A stretch of DNA of 53,614 nt, counting the filler, from Trypethelium eluteriae (lineage: Eukaryota), in the NCBI GenBank assembly GCA_051942245.1. It is 2 parts of 2 records of this genome, joined end to end, with 100 filler letters (N's around TTAATTAATTAA, not from the genome) between each part and the next. Parts side by side here need not be neighbours in the genome. Positions count along the whole stretch, not along the records: positions 26,865 to 53,614 come from JAVECL010000345.1; 1 more part is not named here. One strand, given 5' to 3'. Shown here one piece after another: positions 35,796-47,561 of the stretch. The stretch's first letter is position 1, and every line of letters begins with the position of its first letter. The notes beneath the pieces were generated by a model. That model was not told the DNA's origin. It was given only the letters and a program-made list of their open reading frames with translations, and did no database searches. The translations under genes were made by a program, and so were the position numbers.

Positions 35796-36306
35796 TCATG
35801 TTATATAAGTGTGAAGTTCCGCGGTGTGGCTATGGCGATGCCATGTGGCTAGTCGCTGGCCGCAATTGATATTCCCGCAACAATGCAGGACGTTCTTGAA
35901 CTTATCGAAAAAGAAAGGGATACAGCAGCAATGGATGAAAAGAAAGGCAAATGCCCAGGCACTGCAAGCCATAAGTGGGTTTCTTGATTTCTTCCAAAAA
36001 CTGTCTTGGCTCTGCTCACTAAGTGTTACCACCTGTTACCGCCTCAACCCTGCTAATTGAGTACTGCTGACAAGTAGGACAGTAGACTGGAATGGATCCG
36101 AATCCAAAAGGAACTTGATAGTCCAGCCTTGACGGCCTTGGAGCCTCCTGCCTTGCTGCGAACGACGGCGGTAGGTCCTGCCTTGCTGCGAATGATGGCG
36201 GTGGATCCTGCCTTGCTGCGAATGATGGCGGTGGATCCTGCCCGCTTCGAGCTTGAAGTTGGAAGGAGTCGCGGTTGTACAGAGCAAGTCGGTTATCGGA
36301 GCTCAT
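35796..36306 (-). CDS. LITAF-like zinc-ribbon membrane-associated protein, 2 exons
   Basis: PVYCPTCQ (CxxC), hydrophobic AWAFAFLFIHCCCIPFFF, then HCCGNINCG. Intron 35961-36018 (GTGAGC...TGCAG) joins the two ORFs. Confidence 0.85.
36146..36242 (-). repeat. Coding 30-bp tandem repeat, ~3.2 copies (RQDPPPSFAA)
   Basis: Unit ccttgctgcgaatgatggcggtggatcctg on the + strand; two identical copies and one with 4 changes. Confidence 0.95.
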
Positions 36307-37909
36307 TGTGAGTGACTGAGGCTATACTAACCTATAGATAATAGCGAAGAAGAATCGATAAATAGAAGATGGTGACTATGAAATGAAGAAAGGGGAAACA
36401 GTCATAGCAAGAAATATTACCGACTTAAGCCATTGAAGCGTTGTTTTTCCTCCTGGCTTATGATCTAGGTTGGCCATGTGCGCGCTGATGAAGAGTCTGG
36501 CTGTCACCTAATCGTAAGCCACCCAAGAGTTGATCTTTCTGACTTCTGATTTAGGCTGGCTATAAATCCAGTGAGGTAGAATCAGGCTGTGACCAGATCT
36601 TAAGCCACGACCGGGCGTCGCTCTCAGCCAATGGCTGGATTTTCCCCTATCAAGCCCGAACGCCTGGCGTGCCCTTATTTGGGTAATTCTCGCTTCGCTT
36701 CTCAGGATTCGCAATTATCTTACCTCCACCACCATGCCATCCGGCAACATTTGTCATTCGGAGGCTTGAATAAAGGGCAAAAAAAAAAAAAAAAGAGGCG
36801 CGAGCAATTTAATACATCAAGCAGCAAGCATATGTCCCATCAGTTCTCGAGGTTACTGACCCTACTGAGAACTCTCTGCCACTTTATCGCGCTCATGACA
36901 TTAGTCAGCTGTTAGGTATGACTCGGCCTCTCTTCGCATTTTACCTGCTCGTCTACCTTGCCATTGGAGTTTGTGTTATCCTGTGAGCTTTGAAAGAAAC
37001 TGATAATTTCTCCGATTGTTTGGGCTTGGCGTTTTCTCCCTCTATTTGCTCTGGACAGATTTCGATTGCCTTTGTCGATGCGTACAATGAGTGGTCGGTC
37101 AAGTCCAAGTTCCAAGATGCATTGAGCCAAAGCCGTAGATTTTATGGACAGTGTGATATTTTACTTCCACGTATGCTCATCCTTGCTGGGAATCCCATTA
37201 TGAGCTATATTACTACTAAGTACTACTAAGTTCCTGTCGCTTTGCTTGCCCTACAGCATCCAACCGATCCTTGCCGGTGTCCAGGTTGTGAAAAATGGAA
37301 CACCCACTGATTAACACTTCTGTATGGCTTACCAATTGCCCTCAGGGGTCAAGGTGCTGGCAGTCGAGTTGCGCGTTCTTATGGTAACGTTGATTCTCTG
37401 GGCGTCGAGAACTTCAGCGGCGATCAGTTTTGTCATTTATACTCTGCCTCTACCAGAAATCCTATCTCGTTAAGCTCAATAGTTGTTCCAGAGTCCGTGA
37501 CCGGCAATGTCTCTGATGAGTCCGAAATGAGACAGTAGGGCAGGGTCTTCGCCAATGGCCCACGAAACTCTCAGAGAGACAGATACTGCAGCAAAAGAAT
37601 GGAGCAATGGAGGATAAAAGCGGCCACATGCGCTAATCCGATTCGGAGTCACCACCCTGTGTACAGGCTTGTGATCTGATCCAGCACATTGTGTAATGAC
37701 TCGTAAATTTCATTCTAGGCTATTTGATCTAGTCTACGGAACTGTCGTGCTCTTCCAGTAATTTTCAATAATATCAAGCCTGTTTATCAAACAAAAAGGT
37801 CGTTTGGAGTTCACCCCGCCTCCCCGCCCCCAGCTGATGTCTGAGGGCGCCACTGGTGAGCATCCTCACTAAGCTCCATGCACACGACGATCCTCCTTGG
37901 CACATTGTC

Positions 37910-40168
37910 TCAGTCGAGCGGAAAGCGTCCCAAAAATTTGAACTGCTTCAGACCCTGCTCAAAGCTCGCCGTGAAATTCCCCGATGAGCTCACCGACAAA
38001 TACACTCCGGGCCCATCAGTCGCGACACCGACTTCGCGGAGAGAAGTCATCCCACTGCCAATCGCTCCGACAGGCTTGCCGTAATTGAAGGCATCTCTGA
38101 CGATCTGCGCGGGTCGCCCAAAGGGCCACAGCGTCGATGTCGAGTTCGCGGAGAACAGATTTGCCGTGCCGCAGGTGACGATGACGCCGTCGAAGCCGGT
38201 GGCGTCTGAATTGAGGTACGTCTTGTTTGCACCAGAAGTCAACGTCTCTGCAATGACGTACGCGTTTGCACCCTTGGAGCTGAAGAACGTCGCGAGGCTC
38301 TTGGCTTGAGACAAGGACGATTTGGATGTGGTGGTGGCCAGGATGCCGACGTTCAATGTTGCTATGCTTGGGAGCGGACCTCTGAATGCGCCGACGTCAG
38401 ATGTCTTGTTGTTGTGGTAGAACTGCGGGTCTGGTACAGGGGCTTGGAGACCAAGCGCTGTAGCTACACGGACTGCAAGATTGTGGTCGACCTTGTTGAA
38501 TTGACCGATGACATTCTGCTGGACGGTTTGCGATTGCACGTTCGACAGCTCAAAGCGTGCAGCATTGATAAGCTGTTGCTGCTCTGCGGGCTGGAGAGAG
38601 TTGTAGAAGAGACGGGGCTGAGACCAGTAATCAAGGAACGTAGGAGATACGTCACGCACGTACTGGGCGTCAACTTGTCTGCGTACCGGTGCAGTGAAGA
38701 AACCTTTACCCTGTGTTTGATTTGCAAGCTTGGGCGATCCGTCATTCAATGTGTTGTTGCTATAGGCAGCAAGGTTTAATGGGATCATCTGCTGACCAGC
38801 GCCGTCACGGTTGTTATTGTGAACTGGGGATCGCGGACGGTTGATGGGTATCTGCTCAAAGTTTGGCGATCCAAGATTCCGGTTCAGCTGCGTGTCGACA
38901 TAGGAGAAAAGACGACCTTGAAGCAAAGGATCATCGGAAAAGTCAATGCCACGAACGACGTGTCCAGGACAGAACATTGCCTGCTCTGTCTCGGCAAAAT
39001 AGTTGCGAGTGTTCTGATTGAGCACGATCCGACCAATGGGTGTAATGGGCACATCTTCTACCGGAACGATCTTGGTGGGATCAAGTAAGTCAAAGCCGTA
39101 CTTCAGAACATCCGCTTCATCCATGATTTGGACGCCCATTTCCCAAGCGGGGAAATTGCCAGACTCAATAGCAGCGAACAGATCGGACCTGTGGAAATCA
39201 CCGTTCTGCCCTGCAGTGGCCTGTGCCTCTGGCCAGATCAGGGAAGCTGAGCCTTGCTGACTGGTGAAATGGAACTTCACAAGTTTAGAGTCTCCATTGG
39301 CGTTGACAAAGCGAAACGTATGGATACCAAACCCATCCATGAATCGGAAACTACGAGGGATACCATGACCTGACAATGCCCAGAAAAGAGTGTGCAATGA
39401 GGAAGGATTCTGAGAGAAGAAATCCCATGCGGTGTCATGCGCGGTGGCAGCTTGTGGAATCTCGTTGTCAGGCCTCGGTTTGACGGCGTGAATTAGGTCC
39501 GGAAATTGAATCGCATCTTGGATGAAGAAGACAGGTATGTTGTTCCCCACGATGTCTACAGGAGATTAGCTAATTACATCATCTTGAAGGCGAATAAGAC
39601 TGACCATAGTTCCCTGCATCGGTATAGAACCTCAGCGCAAACCCATGAACATCTCGAGCAGTATCCACACTACCTCTCGACCCAGCCACAGTTGAGAAGC
39701 GCAGGAAGATCGGCGTCTGCTTGCGAGCTTGACCTAGGAAAGACGCAGCTGTGATGTTCGACCAATCCCCGTAAGATTCAAAGTAGCCATGTGCGGCAGC
39801 TCCACGCGCGTGGACTAAAGCAGTCAGCTTAGATCACTAACAACAGCAAGGCTTTACTGACCGGCTCGCTCAGGAATTCTCTCATGGTCGAACCGGGTAA
39901 TCTTAGTACGCAAGACGAAGTCTTCAAGCAGTGTCGGTCCTCGCTCGCCAGCTTTCAGAGAATAACGATCGTCGACTGGGGTACCGAAGTCGGTGGTGGT
40001 GAAAGAATCTGTGTCGTTGACAGCGAATTGATCGAGGAAGCCGTCATCACCTTCGGACGCCCCATGAACCTGGCGCCGTTCCAGCTCTGGCCCAGCGTCC
40101 ATGTATGGACATGCTGCTAGGGAGAGCCATGCCTGGAGTAGCAGACACAAAATAGCACAGGAGATCAT
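37910..40168 (-). CDS. Secreted large-subunit monofunctional catalase (CatB/CAT-3 type) with C-terminal DJ-1/flavodoxin-like domain
   Basis: Signal peptide then [45 protein letters not shown]; proximal heme motif [10 protein letters not shown]-terminal [10 protein letters not shown] and YGKPVGAIG. Introns 39815-39861 and 39556-39604. Confidence 0.96.
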
Positions 40169-40832
40169 ATTCTCGGGTGCTCAGTGCGTAAAGACCAAAT
40201 TCTCGTAGTTTGGGGAGCTTCAAGGTTTTAAATGCAGGAACAGAAGGAGATGACGCACCGTTATGAGACTTCAACTCGCAGTAGATAAATTGTCATATCA
40301 GGTGCCATGCCCGTCTCGGCTGCATTGCCAAGGTGAGTTTACAGGGAACGATCTGACGTTTTTGACAAGGTCCACCATCCCGACGACCAGGTTCAACATA
40401 GGCAAAGTTTTGCGGAGTTTTGAGCTTGGTGAATGGTCAAGCCTGGTGTATGACATGGTGCTGTGAGAAGCGCCTTCCAATGCTTAGGGAAACAGTTGGT
40501 TAATCGTTCTCCAAGATAGTCGCATATCGTATTTCACGAATTTTCACAAAGTCGTGAAGCTCATTGCAAGCTTTAACACTTGAAGCTCCGAATGCAAAGA
40601 TTGCTACCTAGTCACGGTGACACTGCAAGCATTATCAGCACAGGCCATGAGCATGTTGATAGCCGTTTTGTCAGCCCCCTGGCCTTTGGTGGAATTGTGA
40701 TGAGCACAGATGAACGATTGCACGGGCTCCACCGCCCACGTCTTGGCGTTCCCCAGCATTGCGCCCGTCACTCGAGATTGAGTGGAAACGTGCATGAAAG
40801 GACAGCTAGCCGAACTTTGTATCCACAGCATT

Positions 40833-40989
40833 TTAGTAATCGTGAAGTCTGGGCCACAGCGTTCCATCATCGCGCTCGTGCTGACAGGGTTCTTCTGAAT
40901 AATTTGGAAACGGCGGGGACAACCCCCAAAATCATCTCAAATAGAGTATGTAAGAAGGCGCCGAATGAAAACTCTGGAACTTTACGTCA
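40833..40989. promoter_or_regulatory. Possible Yap1 site (TTAGTAA, 40833) and ATF/CRE site (TTACGTCA, 40982) upstream of the catalase
   Basis: Exact motif matches 0.65-0.8 kb upstream of the ATG; short motifs that may be chance. Confidence 0.3.
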
Positions 40990-41290
40990 ATTCTGCATGC
41001 GATCGCTGAAAAAAGCAAGCCGAGGGTCATGGGTCACGACATTCTCAAGCGCGTCGGCTGAGTCGTCGTTCATCATTGAGCACGGCTTGGAGGAACCGAT
41101 TGGCTAGCGTGGTGTGAAAGGATTCTATCGAAAACTTTTCGCAAGCGGTCGAACGGGAAGTGGTGTCAACGTCTACACACCACGAAGTAAGTTCAGGTAG
41201 GTCGGTAATGATGTGAAAGCAAGATGCAGACGTGCCCGGAACGGGTCTATCACCCACGTAACTACCTAAGAAGGTAGGTAGACATGTAAA

Positions 41291-41310
41291 TAGGTAGGTA
41301 GGTAGGTAGG
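41291..41310. repeat. (TAGG)5 microsatellite
   Basis: Read directly. Confidence 0.9.
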
Positions 41311-41561
41311 CATCACTGATTCAAGTCCTTCACGATCTCGGGATGGCCGTGACAAATACGTTATGTTCCTTGGCAGATTCCTTTTTTATAAATATCCTGC
41401 TCGTATTAATAGTGTCTAAGCATACAGATGCATGTTATGACCTAATCTAAAGACTTCATACTGTACGTTAATGTGGGTATCCTTCAGCAATAGCAAAGTT
41501 CCTTGCAAAATATCACTGCACAATAACGCCCAAGACCCCCAATAAATACATGTGGTCAATG

Positions 41562-42971
41562 CTAATCAGCCCAAAACATCGCTCGCCGACGAGCCCGTTC
41601 GCCGTTTCGATCCCGATAAACCGGGTATCCGCCACTGTATGTATTCCTCCGGAAGATGCCATGTGTGGAAGGCCACCAAGTACTCGTGTGTTGTTGGATG
41701 CGAGTGCCAGGTTGGCCTTCGCTGTAATAGGTCGCATGACGTTCATCGTAGCGATCAGTCGGGCGATGGTGTAGCGTTCTCGGAGGGTTCCTCGGTGAAG
41801 GTGGCTGAGGATATCTCATGGAAGGATGCTGCTCACCATAAGATACATCCACGCGTGGCTGCCGTGGGGATGCTTGGGGCGGAGCACGAGCTGTCCCGTA
41901 GTAATTTGGAAAAGCTTCGGGCTCTTCGTAGCGATATCTTTGGCGTAGGTCTTCCGACTCTCTTGCTGCTCTCCTTCTCAGACGTTCATCTTCTCTTCTC
42001 TGACGCTCTCTCCGCTTCAGACGTTCCCTGTCAGCTCTTTCTATTCTCTCCTGCTCTTCTGTCTCTTCTAAGCGGCGTCTTCGCTCCGCTGCCTCGCGAG
42101 ACCGACGCCGTTCCTCTCTATAGAGGTTTCGCTGTCGGTCGAGCTGAGCTTGACGTCGTTCTTCGGCTTCTCGCTCATGGCGGCGGTCTTCTTCATTCTG
42201 TCGACGGACTTCGTCCGATTTCTGCCTTCTCGCTTCTTCTCGGGCCCGAGCGCGGTCAAAAAACTCGGTGTCATCTGTCCCCGAGAATGTTGGTGACCGT
42301 GGTGAACCAGAGGTAGGAGTTCGCAGGACTGAGTCACGCCTTGGTCGTTGATACTCAGTCCCTCCCCGATGTAGCCGATCCAAGCGTGAGGACTCTGCAG
42401 GAGGCACTGGGGTGTGCTCCGGTCGATCGTCGTGAACAACTGTTACTCGTCGTCTGCGAGACCGCGGTGGACTGACAATCTCAATATGGACAGGTTCCGA
42501 AGTATTTCTCGAGGTTGGTGGATGATGTGTTGGTGGTGGAGGAGGCTGTCTAGGACGTTCGAAACGTCCACCTTCATTGAATGGCGGCTCTAGAGGGGCC
42601 ACGGGTGTTTCAGGCTGGTCGATGACGACCTCGATGGGTTCTCTTTGATGTCTAGGATGACTTTTCGGTTTCTTTGTTTTCGATCTGGCGCCGATGGTTT
42701 CAAGAAACAAGGTTCCAATAGGAAGCCGACTTTTTCTACCATGATGCCGAGAGGCCATCCGGCTTGACTCATCGACAACGACTGTGCCATCGCGTGATGG
42801 ATGACCTGATGAAGTAGCAGGCCGAACTTCTTGTGTGGTAATTTCGCCTTCGTCCTCGCTCGTTGTTGAACATGGTCTGCCTTGTTTATGAAACTCACAA
42901 ACGTATCGGGTCCTATTGATGTGACGTTTTCCGAGTTCATCGACGTAGGTCCTGCGCTTGATGTGGCACAT
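41562..42971 (-). CDS. Arg/Glu/Pro-rich hypothetical protein (~469 aa) with an N-terminal Cys motif and a central charged helix
   Basis: Long ORF with ATG at 42971 (MCHIKRRTY...YVCEFHKQGRPC); E/R-rich coiled-coil or single-alpha-helix-like segment. Confidence 0.8.
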   Translation of the reverse strand: MCHIKRRTYVDELGKRHINRTRYVCEFHKQGRPCSTTSEDEGEITTQEVRPATSSGHPSRDGTVVVDESSRMASRHHGRKSRLPIGTLFLETIGARSKTKKPKSHPRHQREPIEVVIDQPETPVAPLEPPFNEGGRFERPRQPPPPPTHHPPTSRNTSEPVHIEIVSPPRSRRRRVTVVHDDRPEHTPVPPAESSRLDRLHRGGTEYQRPRRDSVLRTPTSGSPRSPTFSGTDDTEFFDRARAREEARRQKSDEVRRQNEEDRRHEREAEERRQAQLDRQRNLYREERRRSREAAERRRRLEETEEQERIERADRERLKRRERQRREDERLRRRAARESEDLRQRYRYEEPEAFPNYYGTARAPPQASPRQPRVDVSYGEQHPSMRYPQPPSPRNPPRTLHHRPTDRYDERHATYYSEGQPGTRIQQHTSTWWPSTHGIFRRNTYSGGYPVYRDRNGERARRRAMFWAD

Positions 42972-45900
42972 CTCCGTATTCCACAAGACTTGATGGCAGA
43001 GTTCCTTGGGGGACTCTATCCTTTGGCCCTGAGGCAGGGACGAACACTCTTATTGCCGCAACAAAGGAGCCTCCCGAGGGTATGCTATGCTCTAGTTGCA
43101 AAGTAGATCGACGGCCGCGAGAGTAGGGACGTGTAAGATAAGAGAGATTCCTAGCTTGGAAAGGCCAAGATATTTCTTGTGGCTGGAATAGAAGAAACGG
43201 ACGAGAAGGAAGGACTTCTTAGATGAGTGATGTGAGTGTGCGTGTGATTCGTCAATGTTTGGATGGGGCCGCGTGAACGAAGGTTTGCCTGTCTTGCAGG
43301 TGACAAGCGTAGACCAAGACAGCGAGACACAAGGCCTTATTTTCTCAACCTTTTTTTAAGCGAGAAACTTGCAAGGAAACAAAATTGATTAAAGTGGGAT
43401 GAAAGACGAAAAGACGAATGGGACTGTATAGGCAGAGCGTTGATATTTAGACGGATGCAGGGCAAAAGCGGGCTAGAGGCGACGAAGGATCATGGAGGGT
43501 GGATTGGGTTGCCGGCTGCCTAGGAATACCTCACAGATGAGAGGCATCGGGGGCATGACCTACAGACGATAACCCGATGAAGAAGGGCTACTTCAGGCAG
43601 ATATCCTTCGCTTTGGGCTCGCTCGTCATCTATCGCCGAGAGAAAGTCAGAACGCCCTAACACAGCCCTAAGTGGGCTATGGCAAGCCCCCAGCAGTTTC
43701 AAGCCACATTTAACGTCGGTTTGAGATTAGGGACAGTAGGAATGTAGCATCCCTATAGAGGCGACCGAGAAGAGCAACTTGGAGCATCAGCCGCCAGATA
43801 GTGATCCCTAGTTGAGCATGCTGGCCCATGGTGCTGACCTGGACACGCCCGGACGGTTGACACAGCGGTGACAGTGTGAGCGCACCGGCGACGAGCTTCT
43901 GCGGCACAGAAGACGAGAAGGAGCAGCCATGTGGGGTTTGATGGCAGGAGACCAGAAGCGATGAACAGACTGCTCTGCGGCTTCGTGAGATGGTATCGCG
44001 CTCATGAGCTGGCCAGCTGGTCGCGTCGAGTTGGTGGTATACGTGATCAAGCGTGGCAGAGCGCGTGGCAGGGCTCGTGGCGTTGAGGCTCACAACGCCG
44101 CAACCTGACCCTTTTGCGAAACTCTAGCCGCATTCCAGCCACTCCAGGCTACGGTAGGAATCGCCATTTCAGCACGCACAGATTTCCTGTTTGTATCGGT
44201 GCAAAGATAATTAGGGCCATCCGTGTTGGAAGCTACCCTTGCAAGGCCGTTTGGTTTAACGATGTACGCGGCTATGCGAGCATTGTGAATCTGTGCATAG
44301 AGAATCATCCTGCGGCTTGGCAATCCCTATTCATTGGGGCGAAACCAATTAGAGCATCACGCATATGCGAAGTTTTGTTACACAGGTGTCGACATGCTGA
44401 GAATACAGGACGAGTCCATAACGATCGATAGGTTGTTACGTCGATGGCTAGCAAAAGGAAACCAAGTGTGCCTTGCTGCCTTGACCTCAGTGTGGCCTCA
44501 GTGTGGCCTCCTCCCACTCCCTCGCCGGGATTCCGCAAGCGGCCAAATCGCCTCGGCCCGTCAATTAGAGAGAGCGCCGACAGCCAACCAGCCCATACAA
44601 TTTCGTGGGTTTCCCTCCATGACAAACGGGATCTTGCAGTAAAGGCGTCTGACAAGGTTTTGTGATTGGCTTACTCGCTGGTGATCCATCTCGCCAGTGG
44701 ATCCAGGCTCAAATCACACGGCTGAGGCTCGTTAAGGCCAGCCTACCTCATAAAAGGCAAGTCTTCATGCGGGGAGCAATTGCATGCATCATGGCCTGTT
44801 GTTGGTTCAGTGCGATGGGCTGTTGCACAACATTGAAGATGGAGCACACTGTCGGGCAATACGACAGAATCGTTCCAAAGCCCACCAAGGATGGATTGAT
44901 GGCTGGCTTTCTCAGCTTGAAAGGTGCTGCAGGTTATCTTCGCTGCCTGCGATCGGATGGAAGGCTGAGGCATTTGGCGCCATTGTGGCCGTCTCCACTT
45001 CCATCATCACTCATCATCCGAGTCAATTCCGTCAGCTAAATATAAGCCACTTCCACGTGAATTTGCCACACATTTGAGCCTCATAACTGTTTGAAGAAGG
45101 ATTCCGTTGAAACGTCCTACTGCTCTTGGCATACTCCAATCGATCAAAGACTTTCGATCGCATCTTTAGGGCGCTGGAACCTCCTGTTGGATTTTGTTTA
45201 TTTACATCACCTGTCGGAGGTTACCTTCTGTTCGAATTTGAATGTGTCAGCTTCACTGGATCAAACTTATGTGCCAGGGCATATAATCTCGCCACCGTTC
45301 TGCGAGGCTTGTGTCGTGGAATACCCCTCCGTCATCCATGAGTCTCTAAGCTTCCTGCATGCATGAGGCACGGCGATTCGCCACCTTTCAAGGAGGCTTA
45401 ATCTGGCACTTCTTTTTTTACTCATTTGCTTGATGACTGGACATGTCAGTCGAAGCCATGGATACCAGCTAAGCTCTTCTTCAAGACGCTTCCATACGTA
45501 CCGGAGAGAGATTATTATTGTTCGAGCTCAGTCTTGGACTGGTCATTCAGAAATTTGTCCCTCACTACTGACGTGTAAGCTTCCGCGCCAGAACAGCTGT
45601 TGTGACGAAGCTAACAAAAGACTGATGCTTAGTTGAAGGCTTCCGTTCAAGAATAATAAGACTTCGAAAATTTGAGATGATGTTGCGATGAAGAGTAGCC
45701 ATCTCCTCCGCTGGACCAATCTCAAATCGATACGGGACAATCCAGACCTTTCACGAAATTCGGTACGGGACGTCCTATTGCTAGCCTTCTTAATACCGGT
45801 CTTGGGTCCTGCCTCAAGTCATGGGAAGAGCTAGTTGTTGATTCACCTTTACACGGAGCCCGTGACCATGTCCTACAGCCGTGCTGGGGGACTTATCGAC

Positions 45901-47375
45901 TCAGATAGAGCATATCCGGAGGCAAACCACGCAAGGTATCTGTGGAACAGGCTCCGAGTACCCTCAAACGTCGTGGATATGCTGCAAGGACATTCTCGCC
46001 GGATGTAAAGTGTATTCTCGTCAATATTTCTGACATGAAATAGTCACATAAACTTAGTTCCGACTAACATAATCCTTTGCGGTGTGTCCGCCGACTACCA
46101 GTAGAACGAGTGGAGTTGTCAATGGCGGAGACCCTCTTCTGACCATCCGCTCTATCGACGGTGCCTTACTACCCAAGGGATAATATTTCTCAATGCGAGG
46201 CCTGGATCCTGAACATCGATATGATTTAATAAAGGAGTTCGGTAAGCTGGGAGGAAGCGTTATCCTTTTTACTGATGCTACTTTCGGGAGAAGTGAAAGA
46301 GAAGCCAATTGGAAAGGTGCCACAAAAAGCCTGACGCAATGCATCAGATGCTTTACCTCTTATTCGGTTATTTTGTTCTATCGATAAGATGTATGCTACG
46401 TGCCTCTTTTGACATTCCATTTTTGTCAGATCTCTGCAGTCACTCGATCGATCTGCATTACATATAAGTGAAAGCTTCCACAACAATAGATTCATCGGGT
46501 TAATTCGGCCTGCATTCGCAAAGTACTGACGTCAAGGTTGTGAAGATTTGAGTTACGGGAAACTGCTTCGGAGGATGTAGAGAGGGAGGACTTCGGCTAA
46601 TTGATGATAGGCTGAGGTGCGTGGCAGCTAAATTGCATATATATAAGACGGACGAATACGGGCATTACACGTTCGAGGACTAGATGGTCCTGCCCTCATT
46701 CTCTGCATTGAATTACAATTGCCCTTGTATTTTGGACTCTCTACCGCACGAAAGAGCGGAGCCGGTCTTGCCAGAGGGATTGCGGAGAAAGAGCTTAATC
46801 TATCAAGGTCAGCCTCGTCAAAGTTCAGTAGCTTCCATGGCCCGTCCTCTTTCTTTCACCCATGGCATCAAGGAACGGTATGCTCAACGGTCTGATTGGT
46901 AGAGTGACATTCTGGCGATTAGGCGCACTGTGTATTCTATACCTATGCGCTCGCAAGTGGTACCTTTCGTCAAAACTCTTGAGGTTGCCAGTGACTAAGA
47001 AAGTAGCTCTAGATTTCGTGGAATTGAGGTACTGATAAGCTCTATATGCATCCACCTCTTCCTCTGAAGTGGCACTTCATATCCTTGATTCGAATACCCA
47101 TAAGACGACAATGTGGGTGCGCCGTCTGTTCGATCCTTTGATGCATGATTTCTAGACGCCACGATACAGCCGCCTGAATCGTATGTGGTGCTGGGCTTGG
47201 AGTGCTCGCCTGACGCTATACTATTTCAGACCGGAAAGGACACTTGGAAAGAATTTGTATTCCCGGTCCAATCGAGGACAGTCGGCTTCAAATAAAGATA
47301 TCCGTCTGACTCCTTTTTCGAAATGGTGTTGTTGCGTGTGTCTCTGTACCACAAAGTAAGCCGTTGGGGCGTCTA

Positions 47376-47561
47376 TCACCCCTCTAGTTGCACACTGTAG
47401 CCTTCTTTTCTTCTAGGGAGTCGTCTCCCACAGCAGCAGCACTTGAGAAGCCCGGACACAAAAATCGTGTAGAGGACAAGCAGGATCAGAAACAGCATTC
47501 CAACGCCGAGAGCTACGCCCCAGATGACTCCAAGACCCTGAGCTAAAGTGGTGATCGCCAT
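47376..47561 (-). CDS. Candidate 61-aa single-pass membrane microprotein with CCCC cluster
   Basis: cagagaccATGG context after a C/A-rich leader; hydrophobic segment of ~28 aa, then KCCCCGRRLPRRK. Confidence 0.5.
   Translation of the reverse strand: MAITTLAQGLGVIWGVALGVGMLFLILLVLYTIFVSGLLKCCCCGRRLPRRKEGYSVQLEG

Noticed and set aside
41552..42316. 254-aa + strand ORF antisense to the Arg/Glu-rich gene
   Set aside because: Non-ATG start; its Leu/Ser/Phe richness is the antisense shadow of GAA/AGA codons.
46193..46387. MRGLDPEHRY resembling a GH36 C-terminal motif
   Set aside because: Only a few residues match and there is no supporting flanking homology.
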